NCBI RefSeq assembly: GCF_006345805.1 | Contig: NC_043019.1 | Coordinates: 11,717,360 to 11,781,359 of the forward strand | Length of the DNA: 64,000 bases | Direction: 5' to 3' | From: Octopus sinensis | Taxonomy: Eukaryota | Shown here: in pieces, positions 1 through 13,818 of the stretch | How positions within the stretch are numbered: position 1 is the stretch's first letter | How the letters are laid out: every line of letters starts with the position of its first letter | The notes under the pieces: model-generated | Told to the model about the DNA's origin: nothing | Database searches by the model: none | What the model saw: the letters and a program-made list of their open reading frames with translations, nothing else | Position numbers and translations under genes: made by a program

Positions 1-253
1 GTATAACTATTCAGTATATAGGCACCGGTGCAGATGGAGGCAACTGAAATAAATGAATGAATAAATAAATTAAATAAGTAATTAAGGTGCAGGGATGGTT
101 GTGTGGTGAAAAGCTTGCTTCCCAACTACATGGTTCCAGGTTCAATTCCCCAGTGTGTACCACCTTGGGAAAAAAGTCTTCTACCAGCCTAGGGCTAACC
201 AAAGGCTTGAGCATGGACTTGGTAGATAGAAACTGAAAGACTGGAAGATGCCT

Positions 254-295
<42 letters not shown>

Positions 296-448
296 GTGTG
301 TGTGTGTGTATGTGTGTGTGTGTGTGTGTGGTGTGTGGAAAGAGCACGTGTGTGTGAAGCTGAAAATGGCTGCCATTTAAGCGATGTCATTTTTCATATG
401 TGATGTAGTGGTGTTGCAAAATTTGACTTGTGCATATTAATTTCCATT

Positions 449-770
449 ATGGCCCAATGGTTAGGGCAGTGGACTCGCAGTCGGAGGATCGCGGTTTCGA
501 TTCCCAGACCGGGTGTTAAGTGTGTTTATTGAGCGAAAACACCTAAAGCTCCATGAGGCTCGGCAGGGTGTGGTGGCGACCCTGTTTGTACTCTTTCGCT
601 CTCCAACTTCTCTCACTCTTTCTTCTTCTGTTTGTCCCCGGATCCTTCCTATGCAACCGCTGAGCCTGGATGCGCATTCATCCATCCGTCGATGCTCTCA
701 GTGTCGAGGGTTGACCTGCTTTCTCTTCTGCAGGTCTTACGAATAGCAAAGGACCACGTTTCGGACTTCT
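449..770 (+). mobile_element. tRNA-derived SINE-like element (further family)
   Basis: TGGCCCAATGGTTAGGGC...GGTTTCGATTCCC A/B boxes followed by a non-tRNA body; GC-richer than the flanks. Confidence 0.55.
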
Positions 771-969
771 CCCACTACATTTTGTATCAAAATTCCATGC
801 ATTTATTTGTAAAGTTAAGGAAGTTATTCAAAATTGAAACCCATCAATGACTTTTGGAACACCCTGTACATACATAATTAGATTAATGTGAACATGCAGA
901 TGTGCTTTATGTGGACATAGCTTGGATTGTAACACCTTATGTTCATGTATATATTAATTTAAGATAAAT

Positions 970-1213
970 GTTCCTTCTCGAGCCATGCCAGGCTCATAAG
1001 GGCCGGTTTCCCGGTTTCAGTGGCTTGGAAATTCCTCACTTGGATGGGACGCCAGTCCGTCATAGAATTACTCATTTTTGCTAGCTGAGTGGACTGGAGC
1101 GAGAAATGAAGTGTTTTGCTCAAGAACATAATGCATCGCCCGGTCCAGGAATCGAAACCACAACCTTATGATCATGACTTCAACACCCTAACCACTAAGC
1201 CACGTGCCTCCAC
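970..1213 (-). mobile_element. tRNA-derived SINE family C (Meta/MESC-like core); related copies ~27408-27730 and ~35880-36127
   Basis: Sense head gtggaggcacgTGGCTTAGTGGTTAGGG...GGTTTCGATTCC then TTGAGCAAAACACTT...CTCCAGTCCACTCAGCT..AAAATGAGT. Confidence 0.7.
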
Positions 1214-1225
1214 TTCATGTATATA

Positions 1226-1444
1226 TGAGGGGGTGCTGTGAAGTTCCAGGCTTTAAGGGTACCATGAAAGGTCTGGTTGGAGGCCCAACCTTTCAAGTTC
1301 CTTTACAGCGCTTAAGAAAAACTGAAGGACCACTGCTATAAGTGTGTGAATCTGAGAGGGGAATGTGTTGAATGAAATCATAATTAACTGATCCTCCTGA
1401 ATTTTCTTTTACCCAAAGCTAGGGAATGTTTCAGCACTCCCATC
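1226..1444. mobile_element. Mariner/Tc1-type MITE (~220 bp); copies at ~4770-4960 and ~7943-8815 (split by the SINE trimer)
   Basis: Degenerate TIRs gaggggtgctg.aaagttcc.ggcttt / aaagccaggaacttttcagcacccc, TA flanks, shared internal sequence. Confidence 0.6.
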
Positions 1445-1479
1445 TATATGTGCGTATTTATGTATGAATTTTTAATGTA

Positions 1480-1790
1480 ATCATCATCATCATCATCGTT
1501 TAACGTCCGTTTTCCGCGCTAGCACGGGTTGGACGGTTTCGACCGGGGTCTGGGGAGCCAGGGGCTGCCCCAGGCTCCAGTCTGGTCTGGCAGTGTTTCT
1601 ACAGCTGGATGCCCTTCCTAACGCCAACCACTCCGCGAGTGTAGTGGGTGCTTTTTACGTGCCACCTGCACAGGTGCCAGAGGGGTCTGGCATCGGCCAC
1701 GGTCAGTTGGTGCTTTTTATGTGCCACCTGCACAGAAGCCAGTCGGGGCGGTGCTGGCATCGACCACGTTCGGATGGTGCTTTTTATGTG
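1480..1790 (-). mobile_element. RTE 3'-end (UTR/tail) fragment; related copies at ~5168-5640(-), ~6390-6695(+), ~12495-12765(-), ~19380-19517(+)
   Basis: (cat)n cgtttaacgtcc...ctggatgcccttcctaacgccaaccactcc...gctttttacgtgccacc matches the reverse complement of the 3'UTR of the RTE at 25080-25378. Confidence 0.7.
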
Positions 1791-2043
1791 GGGGGAGGGT
1801 GCAGAAATATAGGGGAGCACCAGTGGGGAGGGGTGTTCAGAGAAACGATGACAGGTTCTAGACAAGTAGAACGTAGGATATCACGAGAGGGGTAATGCAT
1901 GGTGAAATAGCGTATTGAAGAGGGGGGTTCGAAGAGTAGACACCTATAATGGTGGTGGGAGAAGCGACATGCATATATATATGTAAAGACATAACATACA
2001 CATGTAGCAATGCCAATCAGTTGTCCATTTAAAAGAAACTCAC

Positions 2044-2143
2044 TTGACAATATTTGACATGTCATTCCAACACTCCGATGAATTATGTTGAAGAACGGTC
2101 GATCTCTACTTTTAAGATCAGGTCGAAGTAGACCCAAGAAAAT
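2044..2143 (-). CDS. FRRS1: FRRS1-like exon 12 (b561 TM4)
   Basis: ttacag|ATT; [33 protein letters not shown] (RP....R..FN..H..VG motif); donor A|gtgagt; next exon not found in window. Confidence 0.87.
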
Positions 2144-3582
2144 CTGTAATGATAAATTTTAAGATTATATATATATATATATATATATACTACTTTATTT
2201 CATTTTATTTAAAACCAAAAATCAGAGTTATTGTAAACGAAAGGTCATTATTTTAAAGTGATACTCAAAATGTGGTTGCCAGAAGAATTAGTAAAATCAC
2301 AATAATACAAAAAAAAAATATTGATTATGGAATGACTTTTAAAAATCTTACATATCATGCCTTGGTGATATTGTCACAAGGGATCATATGTAGGAGGTCA
2401 TAACCAAAAGACCACAAGCAAAGGTCATAACTAAAAGACCATATAGTGGAGGACATTGGGTTTGTGTCTTCTTCTATAGCCCTGGGTCATACAATTCACT
2501 TTTGTTTTTTGGGGGATGCTGACCTTCAAAGCAGATGAAACTATAAATAATAGTGTGTAGATATCCTTTGGATAGAAAAAGTCAAAGGCTAGTGTCAACA
2601 ATATATGTGTGTGTGTATATATATTTATTGTTTTACTTGTTTCAGTCATTAGACTGTGGCCATGCTGGGGCACTGCTTCGAACAATTTTAGTTGAATGAA
2701 TTGACCCCAGTACTTTTTTTTATTGTTTTAAGCCTAGTACTTATTCTATCAGTCTCTTTTGCTGAACTGCTAAGTTATGAGAACATAAGCACACCAACAC
2801 CGGTTGTCAAGTCGTGGTCACACACACACACACACCACACACACAGTGAGCTTCTTTCAGTTTCTGTCTACTATATCCACTCACAAGTCTTTGGTTGGCC
2901 CAAGGCTATGGTACCAGGTGCCACTCAGTGGGACTGAACTCGGAACCATGTGTTTGAGAAGCAAGCTTCTTACCACACAGCCATGCCTGCACCTGATCCT
3001 CTTCTACACATTCACACACACACACCATCTCCATGGGTTTTGTCAAACAAAGTGACCCTTTATGTTCTGAGACAAAATTCTGTTGAGGCCAACTTTCCCT
3101 TTTACTCTTTAAAATAAGTATCAGTTGTGCTCTGTGCCCTGGGTGGGATGTAAATGACCGGCCCTATTCCTCAAAATATCAGGACTTATGTCTATTGTAG
3201 AAATTAAAAGAATATTTATATGATATAATTCACATGAGACGAAATTCTTACTAATGAAATCATAAAAGTTCATAACAACATCATAACAAAAGTATAACAT
3301 AATCACAAGGAATTCATAACGACAGAAAAAAACAAATTTAGGCAAAGAATCTAGCAAACCTTAGAGGGCAAATTGCTTTAGTTGTATTGTCACAACAACG
3401 GTGAAAAATGTTATACTCACATTTGTTAAAACAAGAACCACAATGAGTAGGCCAATGAGTGGATGGGCCATGTAAGGTCCTGGGGCATTGCTGTCAAACT
3501 GTAATAGAGAGAGCAGGAGGGTGAAAGGGAGAGAGAGAGATAGGAAGGGAGAGATATTTCTTAGTAGTAATAGTATTAGTAT

Positions 3583-3620
<38 letters not shown>

Positions 3621-3736
3621 ACAGGAGTAACAGTTTTGATAGTAATAGTAGTAGTAGTGGTGGTGATTGTTGTAGCAACAGTGGTGGTATTATTATTATT
3701 ATATTATTATTATTATTATTATTTATTATTATATTA

Positions 3737-3778
<42 letters not shown>

Positions 3779-3913
3779 TATTATTATTTATCATTATTTT
3801 TTATTATTATTATTATTATTATTATTTATTATTATTTATTATTTATTATTTATTATTTATTATTATATTATTATTATTTATTATTATTATTTATTATATT
3901 ATTATTATTATTA

Positions 3914-3959
<46 letters not shown>

Positions 3960-3979
3960 TATCATCATTATTATTATTA

Positions 3980-4010
<31 letters not shown>

Positions 4011-4434
4011 ATTATTATTATATTATTATTATATATTATTATTATATATTATTATTATTATTATTATTAAGGCTGGCAGAATCGTTAGCAATGCTAGGCA
4101 AAATGCTTAGCCGCATTTCGTCCATCTTCACGTTCTGAGTTCAAATTCTGCTGAGGTTGACTTACCTTTCATCCTTTTTGTGGTTGATAAAGTAAGTACC
4201 AGTTGTGTACTGGGGGGTCAATGGAATCAATTTACCCCTTCTCCAAAATACCTGGCCTTGTGCCAAAATGTGAAATCAGTATTTGAAGGGCCAATTTGAA
4301 GAGTCAATCTAGCAAAGACCAAAGTCTTACTAAGCACCCTTCACTTGGGCAAGTGTCCTCTACTATAACCCCCTAGGGCTGACCAATGCCTTTTGAGTTC
4401 ATTTGGTATGTGAAAACTGTGGAAGCCTGTCATA

Positions 4435-4469
<35 letters not shown>

Positions 4470-5882
4470 GTATAAATTCATGTGTCTTGTATGTGTGTGT
4501 GAGTCTCTGTCTGTGTGTATATGTATATGTATATACATATACATATATATACATATGTATATGTACATGTATATACATATACATATATACACATATGTAT
4601 ATATGTGTATATGTATATGTATATGTCCCTCTGTCTGTGTGTATGTGTATATGTATATGACCGGTTGATCTGTACTTTCAAAAACCTCTGGAGCATACCA
4701 TTCCTTGTCTGAAAAAACAGTCAAGGATTGGCGATAGGAAGATAGGTTCCTGATCAAATGCAAGTTATATGAAGGGGTAATGAAAAAGTTCCTGGCTTTA
4801 AGGATATCATGAGTCTTTTTACAGGGCTTAGAAAAACTGAAGGACCACTTCAAAAAGTGTGTGAATCTGAGAGGGGAATATGTTCAATAAAATCATAACT
4901 AACTGATCCTCTTGTATTTTTTGTTATCTAAAGCCAGGAACTTTTTAGTACATCCCCTTATAGCTTCCAAAATCATCTCAGAGGTGTCTATCTTGGTAGC
5001 ACTTGGTACCGATAATAGCTAAATCTCTAGAAATGCATTTATTGGTCTACCAGAGAGCACCCAAGATGACTGTTGGTATTTTGACACTTATTACCTGAAG
5101 TGAGAATTTTCTCCATGGCAAACCTCAGTAAAGATGGCCTTTTTACAGTTAAAATAACTCACAAACCATCATCATCATCATCATCATCATCATAATTTAA
5201 CGTCCATTTTCTATGCTAGCATGGGTTGGATGGTTCGACCGGGGTCTGGGAAGCCAGGAACTGCACCAGGCTCCAGTCCGATCTGGCAGTGTTTCTACAG
5301 CTGGATGCCCTTCCTAACGCCAACCACTCCATGAGTGTAGTGGGTGCTTTTTACGTGCCACCGGCACAGAAGCCAGTCAAGGCAGCGCTAGCATCGGCCA
5401 CGTCCAGATGGTGCTTTTTACGTGCCACCGGCACAGGTATCACAACTACTATTTCCATTGATTTTTATTTCGATGTTCATGTACTTGACTCAATAGGTCT
5501 CCTCAAGCACAGCGGGTTGTTCTGAAATCCAAGGTACTTTGAATGGGCTGGGGCTATGCAGAACTGGTGCAGGAAGCAGCCTGGGTCTTTGCAGTCACAG
5601 CATATCTCCAGAGATCTCGGTCCTTCATCATTGCCTCTTGAAAAACAAACATTAAACAAACAGTAGCCATAGTATACCACATCTATAGTAACAGCTTCAC
5701 ACCTTACTATAACATTACTAACTTCATGGTAGAGTTATTGTGTAGAGATTTACTTACTGTGAAACCATTGACATGGACGAATATTGCGATGATTCCAATG
5801 AGGGTGAAAAGGGCAGTAAGTGCAATCAGCAACCGATGGAGCTTTAGTAATCGAAAACAGAAAATAAACACTTTTATAAATA

Positions 5883-5921
<39 letters not shown>

Positions 5922-6272
5922 CAAATAAGAAAATGGAGAAGCACATTAGTTGGTTCATCAACTTTTAGGATATTAAAATGACTTATTTATTCATCAAAAT
6001 GAAAACCATCATAACAACATACATACATATAGTATATTATTCAATGCATATAAGATAAGAATACAAGCAGTTATTAAAAAGTATGAATATAAATTACTAA
6101 CATTACTTACAGCTGTTTCAGCCTATGGATAATAGCAACTCATTGTGCCTATATTAGTCAAGTGTATTGAGGTGATAGGCAGTTGAAAATGAGGTACTTA
6201 TATATCTCCCTAGGCCTCGTCAGAGATTATAAAGTACAATCATAAAAATATAAATATATATATGGCACACAC

Positions 6273-6304
<32 letters not shown>

Positions 6305-9086
6305 CTTAAGTAAGAGTCTTCTATCATAGCTCAAATTTGCTAAAAGTCTTGTGAGTTGATTTGGTTGATGGAAACTGAAAAAAGCCTGCCTTGTGATCTT
6401 CAGATGTTGAGTCTCATGGGGGCATCGAGAAGTGATCAAGACCTTTGGAAATTTGCTGTGCTTCAGAAGACACATCAAGCGAAGTGAAATCATAATTGTG
6501 GCCTGTGCCAGTGACACGTAAAAGGCACCCACAACACTCTTGGAGTGGTTGGCATTAAGAAGGGCATCCAGCCATAGAAACCATGCCAAATTAGACTGGA
6601 GCCTGGTGCAACTCCCTGGCTTACCAGTTCCAGTCAAACCATCTAATCCATGCTAGTATGGAAAACGGATGCTAAATAATGATGATGAGGAGGATGATAT
6701 ACAGGTCCTTTATAGGTGCCGGTGCCACATAAAATACACTTGTGCCAGTGCAGTGTAAATGCAGCTGTGCTAGTGGCATATAAAATGTACCCAACACACT
6801 CTGTAAAGTGGTTGGTATTTGGAAGGGCATCCAGCCATAGAGACCATGCCACAACAGACAATTGCAGTCAGGACAGCTCTCTGGCAGGTGAGCTCCATGT
6901 TAAACCACCCAACTGATGCCAGCATGGAAAACGTATGTCAAACGATGAGGTACTGAGCATTATTTTTTAAGGGTGGAACCCAACAGATAATTACAGGCCC
7001 CATTATGGCTTTCTGAACCCCAGACTGAAATACTGGCTGAAACTTCATCACATAGGCCCAGTCTAAAACATTCTCAAATATTGATATAAAACAGGTAAAA
7101 AAAATATCTAAAAAAACGTATTCTAGAAATCTTACCTGGAACCAAATCTTAGCCCCTAGGAGAGTACAATCTGGTTTAAGGTCTTTATAGTTGCGAGCAA
7201 TATTTATCGCCAAATTGTTGAATAGCATCCAAGCTATGACCATCATGAAGACTTTGTGAGAAAAATGAACGAGATGAAAAAAGATGAAAAGAAAAGAAAG
7301 ATACTATAAAACAATATCTATTTTGTTATAAATTGCTGTTGCTTACCAACCACATGGTTCCGGGTTCAGTCCCACTGCATGGCACCTTGGGCAAGTGTCT
7401 TCTACTATAGCCACGGGCCGACCAAAGCCTTGTAAGTGGATTTGGTAGACGGAAACTGAAAGAAGCCCGTCGTATATATGGATATATACATATATGTGTA
7501 TTGTGTGTAAATGTTTGTGTGTCTGTGTTTGTCTCCCCCCCCCACAACATTGCTTGACAACTGATGCTGGTGTGTTTACGTCCCCATAACTTAATGGTTT
7601 GGCAAAAGAGACTGATAGAATAAGTACTAGGCTTACAAAGAATAAGTCCTGGGGTCGATTTGCTCGACTAAAAGTCAGTGCTCCAGCATGACCACAGTCA
7701 AATGACTAAAACAAGTAAAAAAGTAAAGAGTAATATTTTAAATTTTATTGATTTGCATGCTTTTTAAAGAAATGTTTAAGGTAATAATGCTGTTTATATC
7801 CATTCTCACCATGTAAATGATAGGATCCGTCGGAACATGTTACAAATGTATATCCAAAGCACGATCTTAGGACATGAGCATGCTGGCCAGTTGCCCAGGG
7901 ATGCCACGGGTCTAGAAGCCCAATTCTAATCTATGTAGGAGTGATAGGGGTTGTAAAGTTCCTGGTTTTAAAGGTATCACAAAAGTCCTGGTTGGAGGCC
8001 CGTATCACAAAAGTCCTGGTTGGAGGCCCAACCTGAGTTCTTTTACAGGGCTTAGAAAAATTGAAAGACTGTTGCAATAAGTGTGAATCTGAGAGGGGAA
8101 CATATTGAACAAAATCATAATTAACTGATCCTTCTGTATTTTCTTATTTCTTTACTACCCACAAGGGGCTAAACACAGAGGGGACAAAACAAGGACAGAC
8201 AAACGGATTAAGTCGATTATATCAACCCCAGTGCGTAACTGGTACTTAATTTATCGAGCCCGAAAGGATGAAAGGCAAAGTCGACCTCGACGGAATTTGA
8301 ACTCAGAACATAGTGGCAGATGAAATACCTATTTCTTTACTACCCACAAGGGGCTAAATACAGAGAGGACAAACAAGGACAGACAAATGGATTAAGTTGA
8401 TCATATCGACACCAGTGCATAACTGGTACTTATTTAATCGACCCCGAAAGGATGAAAGGCAAAGTCGACCTCGGCAGAATTTGAACTCAGAACGTATCTG
8501 CAGACGAAATACCTATTTCTTTATTACCCACAAGGGGCTAAACACAGAGCAGACAAACAAGGACAGACATAGGTATTAAGTCGATTACATCGACTCCAGT
8601 GCGTAACTGGTACTTAATTTATCGACCCCGAAAGGATGAAAGGCAAAGTCGACCTCGGCGGAATTTGAACTCAGAACGTAGCGGCAGACGAAATACCGCT
8701 AGGCATTTTGCCCCGCGTGCTAACAATTCTGCCAGCTCGCCACCTTAAATCCTCCTGTAGATCCTCCTGTATTTTCTTTTACCCAAAGCCAGGAACTTTT
8801 CAGCACCCGCTTCACACTGCTAAACAGTCTGTCCAGTGAGCTGACAATCCAGTATGACAGCTCCCTGCCTTCACATCAAACTATTATAGCATAAAACAAG
8901 ACAATGTAAACAGGGAAGGCAACTCACCATGAAGTTTAACTAAAGCCGGAGTTGAGTTTTCAATGACTGTGACTTCTGTTAGTTTTACTTTGGAGTTGCT
9001 GGCTGCCTTTCGTGAATGAAATTGTTTTACCAATTCTGAAGCAAAAAAACAAGGAATATATATTCACATTCTTTTGATTCTTTTGT

Positions 9087-9124
<38 letters not shown>

Positions 9125-9150
9125 CCATGTGTGTGTGAGTATGTACGTAC

Positions 9151-9206
<56 letters not shown>

Positions 9207-9292
9207 GTAGGTAGGTAGGCAGGTAGGTAAGTAGATAGATTTAGATATATATGTATTGATATATATATAAATATATCTATATGTGTGTGTGT

Positions 9293-9325
<33 letters not shown>

Positions 9326-9977
9326 AAATATATATATACATACATGCATATTTGATGTTTAACCTTTTTGTTACCATATTCATGTTGAAATACATAGCTT
9401 TCATTTCAATTAATTTTGAAAATAATAATTTAGTAAAATAACTTAGTCCTAATTAAGCTGGCATTTGGAACATAAATTAACATAAATTAATTTCGCTCAT
9501 TTTAACATAAATTAATTTCGCTCATTTTAACATAAATTAATTTCGCTCATTTTAACATAAATTAATTTCGCTCATTTTAACATAAATTAATTTAGCTCAT
9601 TTTTGAAACAGGAAATTTTGTATCAAAGAAACCAGTGGCAGTGTGAGACGGTGTGAGGCAGGTTATTAAATAGGAGACTTATGCTTCACCTCACCTTTTC
9701 CTTTGACCTTTACATCTCCCACAGCATACTCCAAATACCAGGCCTGGTCCAGTGCAGGTAGTGCAGTGGTCTCAGAATTGACCGGAGAACTGAATTTACA
9801 TTTCAGAATACCATCAACATAGGAAATGTTGGGATTATTTATGACCCCAGGAGGAACCTGAAAAGGAAGCACAAAACAGATTTATTATCATAAAGAGGAA
9901 ACCACCACCACCACCACCACATCATCATCATCATCATCATCCCCATCACCACAACCACCACCACCACCACCACCACC

Positions 9978-10011
<34 letters not shown>

Positions 10012-10846
10012 TCATCACATCATCATCACCATCATCATCACCATCATCACCACCACCACCACCACCACCACCACCACGATCATCCTCACAGTTACAATAA
10101 TGATGGAGATGATGACAACGACGATCATGAAGACGATGACAAGGATGTTGGCGATGGTTAGTGAAGATGAGGATGAGAATGACTACGACAACAATGGCCT
10201 TGATGCTGATGCTGTTGTTGTTGCTAAGCAACAAGACGGGTAAGGGTGATTAGGTGATGGTCTAGGGCTTGGGGGTGGTGGTGGAGACCCCAGACCTTGA
10301 GAAAAAAAAAACTTTGGCAGTCTTGTTGTAGTTGAGGGCTCTTTGTTGACGCCCGACACCACTGGGAGATGACCCTCGAAGTCGCTGGAAATGGAGATCT
10401 CCAGGTCCAAATTCTTGAACGGATGGTGGTGGTGATGGTGCTGCTGCTGCTGATGATGATGATAATGACAATGCTGGTGATCATGATGATCACAATGCCA
10501 ACAACAACCGATCATGATGATGATGACGACAACAACAGCAACAACAACGGCAACAACAACGGCAACAACAACGACAATGCTGCCAATGATGATGATGATG
10601 ATAGTGACAACAACGAGGACTGTGATGATGATGATGATGACGATGATGATGATGACGACGACGACAACGATGACGATGATGATGATGATGATGATGATGA
10701 TTGATTGTCAGGCACAATGAGTTGGGTCAAGTCCCAAACACTGCAGGTTTTCTGTCTCCATTGATAACACCCATCCCATCAAAATGGTCTAAAGGTTAGC
10801 CATAACTCCGTGTAACACATGAACAATAATGTAGTTCTCTTCACCA

Positions 10847-10878
<32 letters not shown>

Positions 10879-11507
10879 ATCATCATCATCGTCGTCGTCG
10901 TCGTCGTCGTCATCATCATCGTCGTCGTCATCATCATCATCATCGTCGTCGTCATCGTCATCATCAACATTATCATCGTTGTCGTCGTCGTCATCATCAT
11001 CATCATCATTATCATCGTCGTCGTCGTCGTCATCATCATCATCGTTATCATTGTTGTTGTCATCCTCATTGTCTAGTGTTAGTACACCTTGACGTTGTTG
11101 TTGTTGTTATGCAGGTGATGAACGCCTTATCAGTAATGGTGACACCTCCTCCACAACCATCACCACCACCACCACCACAACAACGCTGCTACCATCAACA
11201 CCGCAACCACCACTGGGATTATATGTTCAGTGGGTGGTTTAGGAAGGAGGGAATGGTGGTGGCATTGGTGCAAGATTCTTCCCCTGACCCCCCCTCTTGA
11301 CCCTTGCTCATGCCGTTCCTGCTGCATGATAAACAGGTTATCAAACCTGCAGCCTTTATGCCTTCATCTCTCTCTCATATGTAAACCTGCTCTGTTTGTC
11401 TATGAAAGGGCAATGTAGTATCTACTCTTTCTCTCTCTTTATCTTTGCCTCTTTCACTTTATCTCTCTCTCTCTCTCTCCATATATATGTATATAAATAC
11501 ACACACA

Positions 11508-11548
<41 letters not shown>

Positions 11549-11842
11549 CTATCTTCATGTGACCGACCAGATGTTGCTACACATCGCTGGTCACAATGCG
11601 TTCGCATTGTTTTAGCCTTCGAATGACGCCACCCCTCAGGCTAAGCGAGCAGGCCAGTATATATATATATATATACTTTATTTAAAGCAGCAGAAAATTC
11701 AACAAAACCTGTTACTCTGAGTTTCCCGTTGCCGTTCATCGGACAGCTGCTTTAAATAAAGCATATTACTCTACCACTGGTATTTGAGTACTCTTTTTTC
11801 CACCTTGTTTCACATTTATGTGTTTACTCCGGTATATATATA

Positions 11843-11878
<36 letters not shown>

Positions 11879-12415
11879 ACGGGAAGGTTTACAAAAATAA
11901 ACAAAAGACGAAGGCAGGTGGAGTACAAACAAACAAATGTATTAGTATGGCGCTCAGGAATAGAAACAGAACAAGTCTTTTACATTTCGAGCCTACGCTC
12001 TTCGACAGAAAGATACACCAAAAAGAAACAAGGAGCTAACGTGTAGGAGCTAACGGTCCAATCCTTTGTCTATCACGGGGAGGGGGGGTGTTACGTTCCA
12101 ACCCAACCCCCTGCAATAGGTGAAAATCCATGAAGTAGAAACAGTACTGTACTGTATACTCTTTACTCTTTTTTACTCTTTTACTTGTTTCAGTCATTTG
12201 ACTGCGGCCATGCAGGAGCACCACCTTTAGTTGAGCAAATCGACCCCAGGACTTATTCTTTGGAAGCCTAGTACTTATTCTATTGGTCTGTTTTGCTGAA
12301 CCACTAAGTTATGGGGACATAAACACACCAGCATCGGTTGTCAAGCGATGTTGGAGGGACAAACACAGACACACAAACATATACCCACACATGCATACAC
12401 ACATATATATTTACA

Positions 12416-12494
<79 letters not shown>

Positions 12495-13542
12495 ATCATC
12501 ATCATCATCATCCTCTTTTTAGCATCCGCTTTCCATGCTAGCATGGGTTGGACGGTTCAACTGGGGTCTGGGAAGTCAGAAGGCTGCGCCAGGCTCAGTT
12601 TGATCTGGCAATGTTTCTACGGCTGGATGCCCTTCCTAATGCCAACCACTCCGTGAGTGTAGTGGATGCTTTTTACGTGCCAGACGAGGCTGGCAAACAG
12701 CCACGATCGGATAGTGCTCTTTACGTGCTATCGGCACAGGGGCCAGGCGAGGCTGGAAACGGCCATATATACACATATATTCGATGGGCTTCTTTCAGTT
12801 TCCGTCTACCAAATCCACTCACAAGGCTTTGGTCAGCCCGAAGCTATAGTAGAAGACACTTGTCCAAGGTGCCATGCAGTGGGAATGAACCCAGAACCAT
12901 GTGGTTGGTAAGCAAGCTACTTACCACACAGCCACTCCTGTGCTTGTTAAAAATTTCCAATTAAGTTTTGACATAAGCTTTATAAATCTATTTGTTTTGA
13001 TATCATAATTAAAATAATAAACATAAAATTCTGTCAGTTTTTAAAAAAAAAATTTGACTGATTTCATTGAAATAGACAGTTAATTCTGGGATGCCATGTA
13101 TTAACATTCATTTACCCTGCATTCGTCAATCTCAAGCAATTGTAGATCTTCATCCAATATGCCATGGAGTTAAATCTAATATAAACCTATCTGGTGGCAA
13201 AAGGGACACCAGTAATCATGTGTACTCCAGATGTGACCATCCAGCCTTTTCTTAGTTATCTTTTATCTTTTATTTGTTTCAGTCATTGGATTGTGGCCAA
13301 GCTGGGGCATTGCACTGAAGGGTTTACAAAATCGACCCCTAATAATTATTTTTGGGGTTTGAAACTTGTTTTATTGAGCTTTCTTTTTTTGCTAAACCAC
13401 TAAGATATGGGGACATAACCAAACCATCACTGGTTGTCAAGCAGTGGCAATGGACAAACACTACACAAACTCAAAGACATATAGACACCCATAGATATAT
13501 ACATAGGTTGTATATATATATATATTATATATATATATTATA

Positions 13543-13574
<32 letters not shown>

Positions 13575-13781
13575 TAATATTTACTTGTTTCAGTCATTTG
13601 ACTGTGGCCATGCTGGAGCACCGCCTTTAGTCGAGCAAATCGACCCCGGGACCTATTCTTTGTAAGCCCAGTACTTATCTATCAGCCTCTTTTGCCGAAC
13701 TGCTAAGTGACGGGGATGTAAACTCACCAGCATCAGTTGTCAAGCAATGCTAGGGGGACAAACACAGACACAAAAACACAT

Positions 13782-13818
<37 letters not shown>

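Noticed and set aside
3121-3165. Possible extra FRRS1-like exon ([13 protein letters not shown])
   Set aside because: Phase does not fit, there is no b561 similarity, and exon 11 joins exon 12 cleanly.
3488-4138. 216-aa and 144-aa ORFs rich in I/L/Y/S
   Set aside because: Translations of (AGT)n/(ATT)n microsatellites inside an intron; no coding features.
9479-9603. Regular 25-bp repeats as a possible CRISPR array
   Set aside because: Units are contiguous with no unique spacers; eukaryotic context; ordinary minisatellite.
9839-11300. Many overlapping poly-D/H/M/T/V ORFs
   Set aside because: Trinucleotide microsatellites open in several frames on both strands.
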